Position numbers and translations under genes: made by a program
Notes under the pieces: model-generated
Databases searched by the model: none
Told to the model about the DNA's origin: nothing
Seen by the model: the letters and a program-made list of their open reading frames with translations, nothing else
Shown: piece by piece, positions 9,249 to 17,601 of the stretch
Layout: the number at the start of each line of letters is the position of its first letter
Numbering within the stretch: the first letter of the stretch is position 1
Assembly (NCBI GenBank): GCA_963675785.1
Contig: OY776562.1
Coordinates: forward strand, 3,104,001 to 3,168,000
Length of the DNA: 64,000 bases
Reading direction: 5' to 3'
Source: Anaerolineae bacterium
GTDB lineage: Bacteria > Chloroflexota > Anaerolineae > UBA1429

Positions 9249-10251
9249 TGTCGGGTATCCAGGCAACAAGAATAGTCGACTGAGGTGTTTGTCGAAGCTC
9301 AATGCGACCGCCGTGGGCGGTAATGATGGATTGCGCTGTGGCAATAGAGAGCGTCTCGGCATCATTTGCGCGTGCAGAAGCGGGCACAGTATGAACTTCG
9401 AACTCGATTCCTCCATCATCGGCGCGACGGGCATAAAGATGAGCAATGCTGTTGTCTGCTGCCAGCAAAACGGCATTCTCCAAAAGATTGCCAATGGCTT
9501 TACGCATAGCTTCTAGGTCGAGGTTGGCGGCAAGCAATCCTCCACAAGTCAGCTTGAACTTTATATTTCGTTCGGAGGCTACGCGGGCAGCACTTGCAGC
9601 AGCACTACGAATGATTGGGGCTATGCGCGCTGGTTGAATATGTACAGGAACAGCGTGGGGTGTCTCTGCAATTGACCAGGGCAGTTCGCGGATTTGTTGC
9701 TGCAGGCGCTTTGCGCTGTCTTTGACGGTTTCCATGGGTGCACAGTTGGCCTGAGGACAATTCGTTGAATTCAGTTCTTGAACGAGTAGTTCGGCTGGCA
9801 CCTGAAGCTCGCGAGACACCCGATCCAGCAGGCGGCTTTCTTCTTGAAGAAGCTTTTGGGTAGTATCCTGCTTGACCTGATCGACACGGTCGAGGATGAC
9901 ACCGATTCTGGCCTCCAGTTCTTCGGGGTCAAAAGGCTTGATAATATAGTCGTCAGCACCGTTCCTCAATCCCCGAAGGCGGTCGTTTAAATCACCTCTG
10001 GCCGTCAAAAAAAGAAAAGGAATGGTACCGTTATAGAGGTCTTCGATCCGTTTTTGCAGCTCAAAGCCATCCATCTCTTCCATCATGATGTCACTAATGA
10101 TCATATTGGGAGGAGATGAAACCACCATTTCTAGCGCTTTTGAACCGCTTGATGCGGCTTGTACATCATAACCAACGCGAGACAGGAATTGCTCTAGCGA
10201 GGATAGAAGCTCTGTTTCATCATCAACAATCAAGAGGGATCTATCTGACAT
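9226..10251 (-). CDS. response regulator receiver fused to a degenerate histidine-kinase-like C-terminus
   Basis: REC motifs LIVDDE, SDIMM, FLTA, KPF. C-terminus has SRELQVP in place of SHELRTP and NLLENA, but no G-boxes. Confidence 0.85.
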   Translation of the reverse strand: MSDRSLLIVDDETELLSSLEQFLSRVGYDVQAASSGSKALEMVVSSPPNMIISDIMMEEMDGFELQKRIEDLYNGTIPFLFLTARGDLNDRLRGLRNGADDYIIKPFDPEELEARIGVILDRVDQVKQDTTQKLLQEESRLLDRVSRELQVPAELLVQELNSTNCPQANCAPMETVKDSAKRLQQQIRELPWSIAETPHAVPVHIQPARIAPIIRSAAASAARVASERNIKFKLTCGGLLAANLDLEAMRKAIGNLLENAVLLAADNSIAHLYARRADDGGIEFEVHTVPASARANDAETLSIATAQSIITAHGGRIELRQTPQSTILVAWIPDSGGHSND

Positions 10252-10320
10252 TTCTTGCCCCACTTTTTATTCTCTCTATAGGATAGTCGAGAGAATGGGC
10301 CAAGAGATAAAACCGGCATA

Positions 10321-10355
10321 AATCAGCCGGCTGTTGATGACAGCCGGCTTGATTT
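10321..10355 (-). terminator. hairpin/terminator after galT
   Basis: AATCAGCCGGCTGT-TGATG-ACAGCCGGCTTGATT inverted repeat. Confidence 0.55.
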
Positions 10356-10356
10356 G

Positions 10357-11400
10357 TTAGGCAAAACGCTTGCTGGGCAGAGACCGAAGGCGTTCAGCCG
10401 CTGATTCTGCTGTGATATCACGCTGGGCATTGGCTAGCATTTCGTACCCCACCATGAATTTTTTTACCGTGGCCGATCGCAAAAGGGGTGGAAAAAAGTG
10501 CCAGTGCAGATGCCATTCGTCGTGCGCCTGGCCATCAGTCGGTTTTTGGTGAATGCCCATGGTATAAGGAAATGATACCTCAAAGAGATTGTCATAGCGG
10601 ACCGTTAGTTGCTTGAGAATATCGGCCAACGCCTCTTTTTCTTCAGACGTTAGTTCAGAGAGGCAAGTAATGTGCCTCTTGGGGAGTACCATGGCCTCAA
10701 AAGGCCATATTGCCCAAAAGGGAACAACCGCCAGAAAGGCATCGTTCTGGCAGATGATGCGCTCTCGTTTCTCTAGCTCAAGTTTGGCATAGTCGCACAG
10801 CAGGCAGTGCCCTTTTTCGTGTAGATAGGCGAGTTGTGAGGCTTGCTCGGTGGCGGATTCCTGAGGAAGGTTTTCGTTGGCCCAGATCTGTCCATGGGGA
10901 TGTGGGTTGCTGCAGCCCATGATGGCCCCTTTGTTTTCGAAAATCTGGACATAGTTAATAAAGTTCAACGCACCCAGCTCTTTGTATTGGGCCGTCCATA
11001 GGTCAATGACATGCTGGATGGCGTCGGTCGACATTTCAGCCATTGTCAGGCCGTGGTCGGGGTTGTAACAGATAACCCGGCAGAGGCCGCGTTCGCTTTT
11101 AGCAATGAGCAAATCGCCATCGTTCAATTCGCCGCTGGGAACATCAGGCAAAAGGGCCATAAAATCATTATCAAAGACATAGGTTTCGGTGTACTGGGGA
11201 TTCTGCAAGCCGCTGGTGCGCGTATTTCCTGGACACAGATAGCAAGTCGGATCATATGAGGGTCGTTTTTCAAGGGGCGTTTTTTCGACTTGGCCTAGCC
11301 AGGGGCGTTTGGTTCTATGAGGAGAAACAAGGATCCATTCTCTGCTCAGGGGGTTGTACCGCCTGTGTGGATGATCCGACATATTGAATGTGCTCATCAA
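10357..11400 (-). CDS. galT: galactose-1-phosphate uridylyltransferase
   Basis: HRRYNPL...[49 protein letters not shown]. Confidence 0.97.
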   Translation of the reverse strand: MMSTFNMSDHPHRRYNPLSREWILVSPHRTKRPWLGQVEKTPLEKRPSYDPTCYLCPGNTRTSGLQNPQYTETYVFDNDFMALLPDVPSGELNDGDLLIAKSERGLCRVICYNPDHGLTMAEMSTDAIQHVIDLWTAQYKELGALNFINYVQIFENKGAIMGCSNPHPHGQIWANENLPQESATEQASQLAYLHEKGHCLLCDYAKLELEKRERIICQNDAFLAVVPFWAIWPFEAMVLPKRHITCLSELTSEEKEALADILKQLTVRYDNLFEVSFPYTMGIHQKPTDGQAHDEWHLHWHFFPPLLRSATVKKFMVGYEMLANAQRDITAESAAERLRSLPSKRFA

Positions 11401-11463
11401 GCTCCTTTTGAGAATGATCTACAGCCTTGACCTGTTCGTTTCTTGTGAATAAAATCCCCATAC

Positions 11464-12093
11464 TTGAATGTGAGGATGCTTGTGCTCTGCCCTAGCTGCA
11501 AAAAGCCCGTTCCGGGCGGTCAGTCCTGTTCGACGTGCCATTGCGCTGTACCAGAAAGAGAGACTTTTTCTGGTCAGGGTGGCCGTTATCTTGCCATTCT
11601 GGTTCTGATTGCAGCTGGAATGGCCGTGGTTTTCGTTATCCTCGATACATGGTCTTCTCTGCAGTGGGCCCATAGCTTGGAATGGCACTGGATCGCTGCT
11701 CTTATGGTCGCTCAGCCCGTTATCATTGGATTCTATTATTGGACTGTTCTGCGTAATGAAGAGATTACGATCACAGATGAGTATATCTATCGCCGTTCCC
11801 ACTGGGGAAACGAAAAAATCCTCTGGCGCGACTTGACCGAGTTCAAGGAGCTATCTGTATTGCCGCGAGACAGTTTGATCGGGCGCGTTTCATGGCTCAG
11901 CCGTTTTTTCCCTCGACGGAAAGGCATCGACTATTCCCCTTATACCCGATACGAGCTCGTTGCTGTAGAACCATCAGGTCGTAAGATGCGCATGTGCATC
12001 GAAGCCAGTACTATAGATGATGTCAATTGGCTGCTAGAGCTCATTCGCTACAAAGACTCTGAACGTAATCTCGCTGCTTTAGTGAAAGAGTAG
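11464..12093 (+). CDS. hypothetical membrane protein (N-terminal zinc ribbon, 2 TM, PH-like tail)
   Basis: CPSC...CSTC zinc-ribbon pattern followed by two hydrophobic helices. Confidence 0.65.
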   Translation: MNVRMLVLCPSCKKPVPGGQSCSTCHCAVPERETFSGQGGRYLAILVLIAAGMAVVFVILDTWSSLQWAHSLEWHWIAALMVAQPVIIGFYYWTVLRNEEITITDEYIYRRSHWGNEKILWRDLTEFKELSVLPRDSLIGRVSWLSRFFPRRKGIDYSPYTRYELVAVEPSGRKMRMCIEASTIDDVNWLLELIRYKDSERNLAALVKE

Positions 12094-12096
12094 CTT

Positions 12097-13662
12097 TTAC
12101 AAATCCCACTGGTTACTTTTAGCTAATGATGTTGGCAGGCTAACGGGCCAGAATGCCCCACTTGCCCAGTAGCCACCCTGCACCAAGGTAAGTCCCTCTT
12201 CACCCTCCCAGACATCTGCTTCAACCAACCGCTGCTCGCCCGGATCTAAAAGCCCCACAGGCTCTGAGTTAACCGGAAAGTAGCTGGTACCTTCTGCATC
12301 CAAGGCCCACATGTTCAGACGAGATAGAGACGCTGGTTTGTCCCCCATGTTTTGAACCAATAAGTAGACTTTGAGCCCTTCTAGCGAAGGGCAAACAGAG
12401 ACTTGTTGTATCTTGATCGAGGGGCCTGTTACATGTAGGTTTTGTTCTATACGTGCCAAGGTAAACTCGTTTCCTTCCTTCACAAAGCCAATTCTGGTTA
12501 TTATCCAATCACCGGCTGCTCGTGTAGCCGATTGAATAACGACTGTTGCAGGTACGAGCTGGCCAAACTCTAGTGTAAGACTCGTTTCTGTTTTGGCAAT
12601 CCAGGCCGTATTACTGGGAGACACTCCGCTTAGCAGAACTTGGTCCAGTTCGATTGTTTCACTGGTTTGGTTGTACAACCAGATCTGCGCTGTCAGTTCT
12701 TCCCCCAACGAACAGGTGGAAAGATTGCTGATGCCCACAAAGGTAATCGGTGATTCACCGATGGCAAATCCTTCCATAATCGGCATATCGATAGATCCCT
12801 GACTGGTTACTGCGGTGACCTCTGCGATAGTCCAGTAGCCCACCTCATCGGGCATCAATGTCAGGGGCATAGCGGCTTCTCCGTTGGCCGGAATGAACTT
12901 GTTGCAGAATATCGTTCTGCTGTGATGTATGCCAGTTGGCGATACCAGATCGACATAAAGCTTTGTGATCTCGGTATCGTAGGCTGTGGTGTTTTTGATG
13001 GACAACTCGGCTTGCAAATACTGCCCCAACGCTTTTTCAGTGGTTGCGCAAGTGAATGAATCACAATATAAACCGATTCCCGGTGTTTCGTTGGGGATTA
13101 CCGCATCGGTAGCATAGTTGGTAAGGGCCTGCTCCATAAGCCAGGGAATGTCGGTGCGTTGTGGACATACGAGTTGATCGCCTTGAACAGCCAGGATTTC
13201 AAAGTGCAAGTGGGTTAGTGCAACACCAGAATGCCCTACATAGCCTATGAGTTGGCCCTGTTCGACAAAGACCGAGCCGGTTTGCTCATCGCGCAAGTGC
13301 GCCAGACGAATAACCCACTCATCTCCAACAGTTAGGTCAATATAGTTTCCCAGTGTGGTTTCTAATGAGCGATCATCTCGCAAAAAGGTAGCTTGCCCCG
13401 ATGCGGGGGCAAAGAGCGGCGTGCCTTCGGGCAAGCTAAAGTCAAAGGCCAAGCCGCTGGCTTTGTCGTTCTCCCAATGATCTTCGGGCTCCCAGGTGAC
13501 AATGGCCGAGATGCCACTTGGCCAGGGCAAGATCCAATTTGCTGGATCGCATTCCTGGACGACAGTAGTCTCCAATCCCGCTACATTAGCCGACAGGGGC
13601 AGTGCCAGCGACATGATGAGACAAACTGAGATGAACAGCACACTCTTTTTTACATCAGACAC
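12097..13662 (-). CDS. secreted M23 family peptidase with C-terminal Ig-like domains
   Basis: Signal peptide; H..AFDF..PEGTP.., GNY, LAHL, V.QGQ.IG.VG.SG, HLHFE; likely GTG start at 13662. Confidence 0.82.
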   Translation of the reverse strand: MSDVKKSVLFISVCLIMSLALPLSANVAGLETTVVQECDPANWILPWPSGISAIVTWEPEDHWENDKASGLAFDFSLPEGTPLFAPASGQATFLRDDRSLETTLGNYIDLTVGDEWVIRLAHLRDEQTGSVFVEQGQLIGYVGHSGVALTHLHFEILAVQGDQLVCPQRTDIPWLMEQALTNYATDAVIPNETPGIGLYCDSFTCATTEKALGQYLQAELSIKNTTAYDTEITKLYVDLVSPTGIHHSRTIFCNKFIPANGEAAMPLTLMPDEVGYWTIAEVTAVTSQGSIDMPIMEGFAIGESPITFVGISNLSTCSLGEELTAQIWLYNQTSETIELDQVLLSGVSPSNTAWIAKTETSLTLEFGQLVPATVVIQSATRAAGDWIITRIGFVKEGNEFTLARIEQNLHVTGPSIKIQQVSVCPSLEGLKVYLLVQNMGDKPASLSRLNMWALDAEGTSYFPVNSEPVGLLDPGEQRLVEADVWEGEEGLTLVQGGYWASGAFWPVSLPTSLAKSNQWDL

Positions 13663-13746
13663 GTTTCTTTTATCCTTGATAATGGTACGAGTATAACATA
13701 CGGCCAAGAGCGGACCAATTTTTAAACTGCATCGGCTTCTGATTCG

Positions 13747-13775
13747 TTGACACTCCCATCTGGCTGCCTTATGAT
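13747..13775 (+). promoter_or_regulatory. sigma70 promoter
   Basis: TTGACA-17bp-TATGAT upstream of the PDO gene. Confidence 0.75.
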
Positions 13776-13855
13776 AAAAAAGAGCACTGGTAAGCTCACT
13801 TGTCTCTTGAGCAAGTCAAAGTTTTATATTCTAGCCTGGTTTATGGAGGTGAAAT

Positions 13856-14551
13856 ATGACATTGTTAAGCGATAAAGATGCTACAACGCTCAAAGAGCTT
13901 TTTAAAAACATGCGAGATCCCGTTCGTCTGGTTTTCTTTTCACAGACTTTTGCTTGCCAGTACTGCAAAGAAACCAAGATGATTCTTCAAGAAGTTGCTG
14001 ATCTGTCCGAGAATATTACGATTGAAGAGTACAATCTCGTTACGGATGCCGAAGCGGCCAAGGCGTATGGCATTGAAATGATTCCGGCTATAGCCGTTAT
14101 TGGCAACAAAGACTATGGAATTCGCTTTTTGGGCATTCCTTCGGGATACGAATTCACTTCGCTGGTCGAAGATATCATGGATGTTTCCAAAGGGGAGGCC
14201 AAACTCGAAAAGGAGACTCTCGACTTTTGTGCGAACCTCGATCAGGATGTCGATATCAAGGTATTTATCACGCCTACTTGCCCCTATTGTCCGGCGGCAG
14301 TGCGCATGGCACATACTATGGCCATAGCCAGTGACCATATCCGTGGGGCGATGGTCGAATCGATCGAGTTTCCCCAACTGGCTAACAAGTACAAGGTCAT
14401 GGGCGTGCCTCGTATTATCATCAATGATGACGTGGCAGTAGAGGGTGCAGTGCCGGAAGCACTGCTTGTTGCACGTATCAAGCAGGCAGTGGGGCTCCTT
14501 TCAGAGGATCAAGTCGACGCTCTGTTCGAAAAGGAATTTGGCTCGGCATGA
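13856..14551 (+). CDS. protein disulfide oxidoreductase (two thioredoxin folds, AhpF-NTD/archaeal glutaredoxin-like)
   Basis: CQYC and CPYC motifs, GIPSGYEFTSL, GVP cis-Pro; GGAGGT RBS. Confidence 0.92.
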   Translation: MTLLSDKDATTLKELFKNMRDPVRLVFFSQTFACQYCKETKMILQEVADLSENITIEEYNLVTDAEAAKAYGIEMIPAIAVIGNKDYGIRFLGIPSGYEFTSLVEDIMDVSKGEAKLEKETLDFCANLDQDVDIKVFITPTCPYCPAAVRMAHTMAIASDHIRGAMVESIEFPQLANKYKVMGVPRIIINDDVAVEGAVPEALLVARIKQAVGLLSEDQVDALFEKEFGSA

Positions 14552-15477
14552 TGAAAGACAAGCCTGTGATGAAAATCAGTTGTTGTTGGCTATACGCCAT
14601 TTCGACGTATGGCTATCCCGTTGCAATAGATGCGATACCAGAGGCTTTTCAAAAGATGGCCGATCTGGGATTTCGCTATGTCGAGCTTGAGGGGGCTTCA
14701 GAGGGAGGCAATCTTTTGGAGCTCTCTGAACGGCGTGCTGAGATCAAGACAGTGGCTGATGAACTCGGGCTCACAGTGGTCAATTTCTGTCCCGTCATCC
14801 CTGAGATTGTCAGTCTGGATGCCACTGTGCGCGAAAAGGGCTATGCGCTCTTTGATGTGGCCCTGGACTTGGCACAGTATTTTGGCTGTTCAACCATCCA
14901 GATCGATAGCTATACGCCCGCCCTCGAGTTCATTGGCGACCAACCCTACAAAGAGATGTTGGATTATGGCCTTGATTTTCGGGTCAAAGTCGATCCGCTG
15001 TTTTCGTGGGATGAGCAATGGGCCGTGTTGGTGGAGACGTTCAAGCATTGTGCCGAGCGCGCCAGGGCTTTTGGATTGCCTTTTTGCCTGGAACCACGTG
15101 TGGGCGAGATTATCAGCAACACCGATGCACTGCTTCGGCTGATGGATTTCGTCGATGACGATAATTTTGGAGCTGTGCTCGATACGGCCCACCAGCATGC
15201 GCAAAAAGAAATACTTCCTTTGAGCGTTGAAAAGCTGGGTGAGCGCATCATGTATCTGCACGTCGCTGATAACGACGGGCGTGTCAATGAGCACAAAGCG
15301 CTGGGCGAGGGAACGGTGGATTGGGATGGCGTGTTCTCTGCGCTGGCCAAGTATAATTTCGGTGGCTATGTGGCTATCGATATTGGCCGACTGCCAGATA
15401 TGGATGCAGCCATGCGCCGATCTCTAGAGTATCTGAGCCGGTTGTTGGGGCGGCTTGGGATTGCCTATGAGCTCTAG
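14548..15477 (+). CDS. sugar phosphate isomerase/epimerase (TIM barrel)
   Basis: YVELE, CLEP, LDTAH, YLHVADN, GEGTVDW. Confidence 0.85.
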   Translation: MMKDKPVMKISCCWLYAISTYGYPVAIDAIPEAFQKMADLGFRYVELEGASEGGNLLELSERRAEIKTVADELGLTVVNFCPVIPEIVSLDATVREKGYALFDVALDLAQYFGCSTIQIDSYTPALEFIGDQPYKEMLDYGLDFRVKVDPLFSWDEQWAVLVETFKHCAERARAFGLPFCLEPRVGEIISNTDALLRLMDFVDDDNFGAVLDTAHQHAQKEILPLSVEKLGERIMYLHVADNDGRVNEHKALGEGTVDWDGVFSALAKYNFGGYVAIDIGRLPDMDAAMRRSLEYLSRLLGRLGIAYEL

Positions 15478-16690
15478 ATTGGCAAATGAGACCTGGGCTA
15501 TCGTCAATGCTCGGGTTTATACGCCCAATCGCCTTGTTGCTCCCGATGGAGTGTTACTCATAAGGCAGGGCAAAATACTGGCTGTTGGGAGGGCGCAAGA
15601 GTGCGCCATTCCTGAGCATGCCGTAACCTACGATATGCGTGGTGCAATTGTCTGCCCCGGCTATGTGGATGTTCATGTCCACGGTGGCGCCGGGGCAGAT
15701 TGTACAGATGGCTCTGTTGAAGCGGTTAGAGCCATGGCTGCCCATTTATTGACCAAAGGTACGACTTCTTTTCTGCCAACGACTATGAGCGCTCCCTATG
15801 ATGCGCTTTGGCAGGCGTTCGACGCCATCTCTGAAGTTGCTGTGCGTCGTGGCGCAGCAGAATCGCGAGTGTTGGGCATTCACATGGAAGGCCCCATGTT
15901 CAGCCCTGCCCAGGCTGGAGCTCAAAACCCCGCCGTATTGCGTATGCCCACCCGCGGCGAGCTAGAGCGTTTGATTTCGTATGTTCCCCTCTTGAAACGG
16001 GTTGATCTGGCCCCTGAATTAGATGGCGCCCTCGATGTGGTTTCCTATCTTGCAGAGGCGGGCGTATTGGTGGCTGGCGCCCATTCGGATGCTTTGTACT
16101 TTCAGGTATGCCAGGCTATGGACGCCGGACTTTTGCATACTACGCATTTGTGGAGTGCCATGTCGACTGTGCGGCGCATTGGCCCCCAGCGTTATTCGGG
16201 CATGGTAGAGGCGTCTCTGGTTGAGGATGGATTGACTACCGAGATCATCGCTGATGGCTATCATCTACCTTCTTCGCTGATGAAACTGGCTTTCAAGTGC
16301 AAGGGATCTGAAAAACTCTGTGTGGTGAGCGACGCTATCCGTGCTGCCGGTATGCCTCCTGGCGTATACGATCTTGGTGGCATGGACGCCCTGGTAGAAT
16401 CTAATGCCGGTGTAGCCATGACAGTAGATAAAAAAGCTTTTGCCGGGTCAATTAGCAGCATATCTGAGTGCGTGCAGCATTTGGTCAATGGCGTGGGTTT
16501 TGCCCTGGGGGATGTGTTGCGCATGGCTACTTTGACACCTGCCCGTATACATGGTCTTGACGATACCGCTGGCTTGTTGGCCCCCGGACGTGTAGCCGAT
16601 TTCCTGGTGCTAGAGCCGGCAACACTAGAGCCCCGGGCCGTGTTTTTGGATGGCGTACTGGTGCATGGTGATGCAAGGCTATGGGACTAG
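15467..16690 (+). CDS. nagA: N-acetylglucosamine-6-phosphate deacetylase
   Basis: PGYVDVHVHG, GTTSFLPT, GIHMEGP, THLWSAM, IADGYH, VSDA. Confidence 0.88.
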   Translation: MSSRLANETWAIVNARVYTPNRLVAPDGVLLIRQGKILAVGRAQECAIPEHAVTYDMRGAIVCPGYVDVHVHGGAGADCTDGSVEAVRAMAAHLLTKGTTSFLPTTMSAPYDALWQAFDAISEVAVRRGAAESRVLGIHMEGPMFSPAQAGAQNPAVLRMPTRGELERLISYVPLLKRVDLAPELDGALDVVSYLAEAGVLVAGAHSDALYFQVCQAMDAGLLHTTHLWSAMSTVRRIGPQRYSGMVEASLVEDGLTTEIIADGYHLPSSLMKLAFKCKGSEKLCVVSDAIRAAGMPPGVYDLGGMDALVESNAGVAMTVDKKAFAGSISSISECVQHLVNGVGFALGDVLRMATLTPARIHGLDDTAGLLAPGRVADFLVLEPATLEPRAVFLDGVLVHGDARLWD

Positions 16691-17523
16691 TTTACCGCCT
16701 CGAAGATTATGCCAGCTACCATGCAGTGGTTGGTTCGGCTACCTATATCGATGTGAGCCGGCGTACCGATCCGGCGCGTATTCCCTTCGTGTGGGATAGG
16801 CTCAAAGATATCCTCGCAGCCTATGGTGCCCCTTGGGTGATCCAAATCTGGACCAAAGATCCTCACGGTGCCGCTCTGCTTGGCAAAACTGTCATTCAAG
16901 AAATGCTAGCCCAAGGGACGACTATCACTGCTCAGATTACAGCAACTGGCTTGGCGGGATCGGTCTGGGAACCGCGAGTGCCGTGTGATATTTCTTCTGG
17001 ATTGGACGGGTTAGCCGAATTGATCGGTGGCTATGAGCACATATGCTGGCGCTATGACCCCATCATTCCTTCGGCACACACTTTGACGGCATTTTCGAGC
17101 TTGGCGGAACGCATGGCTGCGCAAGGCATTCACCGTGGTGTGCTCAACTTTATTGCTCCTCCCGGACGCTATGTCCGTGTAGACCGCCGCATGACGCAGG
17201 TTCTGCCGGCTTGGCCCACTCTAGGGCAAGGTAATGAGGCGGAACAGGCGCGTATTGCCCGCGAGATCGTTGCTGTCGCGAGTGACCTGGGCATCGAGAT
17301 GGGTTGTTGTGCTGAATCAAGCGCGCTTTCGAGTCAGGTGCCGGGCTTGCGTGCTGCTTCCTGTGGCGATTACGCCTGGTTTGCGCAGCTTGCCCAAACG
17401 TATCCATCTCAAAACACCTATCAAGGCAGTCGTAAGGGCTGCGGTTGCTTACACTATTTTGATGTGGGTAGCTATGGTATGCGCAATCGGTGCTTCGGCT
17501 GCCTCTATTGTTATGCAGGATAA
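16681..17523 (+). CDS. DUF1848-like protein
   Basis: SRRTD.., WTKDP, WRYDPII, C-terminal RKGCGC...CFGCLYCYA. Confidence 0.75.
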   Translation: MGLVYRLEDYASYHAVVGSATYIDVSRRTDPARIPFVWDRLKDILAAYGAPWVIQIWTKDPHGAALLGKTVIQEMLAQGTTITAQITATGLAGSVWEPRVPCDISSGLDGLAELIGGYEHICWRYDPIIPSAHTLTAFSSLAERMAAQGIHRGVLNFIAPPGRYVRVDRRMTQVLPAWPTLGQGNEAEQARIAREIVAVASDLGIEMGCCAESSALSSQVPGLRAASCGDYAWFAQLAQTYPSQNTYQGSRKGCGCLHYFDVGSYGMRNRCFGCLYCYAG

Positions 17524-17555
17524 ATCGGGAAAAGATTTGGGAATACCCCTGTGCC

Positions 17556-17564
17556 TGCTATAAT
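17556..17564 (+). promoter_or_regulatory. extended -10 promoter element for glgP
   Basis: TGCTATAAT about 40 bp upstream of the ATG. Confidence 0.55.
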
Positions 17565-17601
17565 GGTTATGTCGTGCGCCATTCAAGCTTAGGAGCTGAC
17601 T

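Noticed and set aside
13783-13822. Inverted repeat ACTTG..CAAGT upstream of PDO as a CIRCE/HAIR/CtsR site
   Set aside because: Does not match those consensus sequences; may be an unknown operator but is unsupported.
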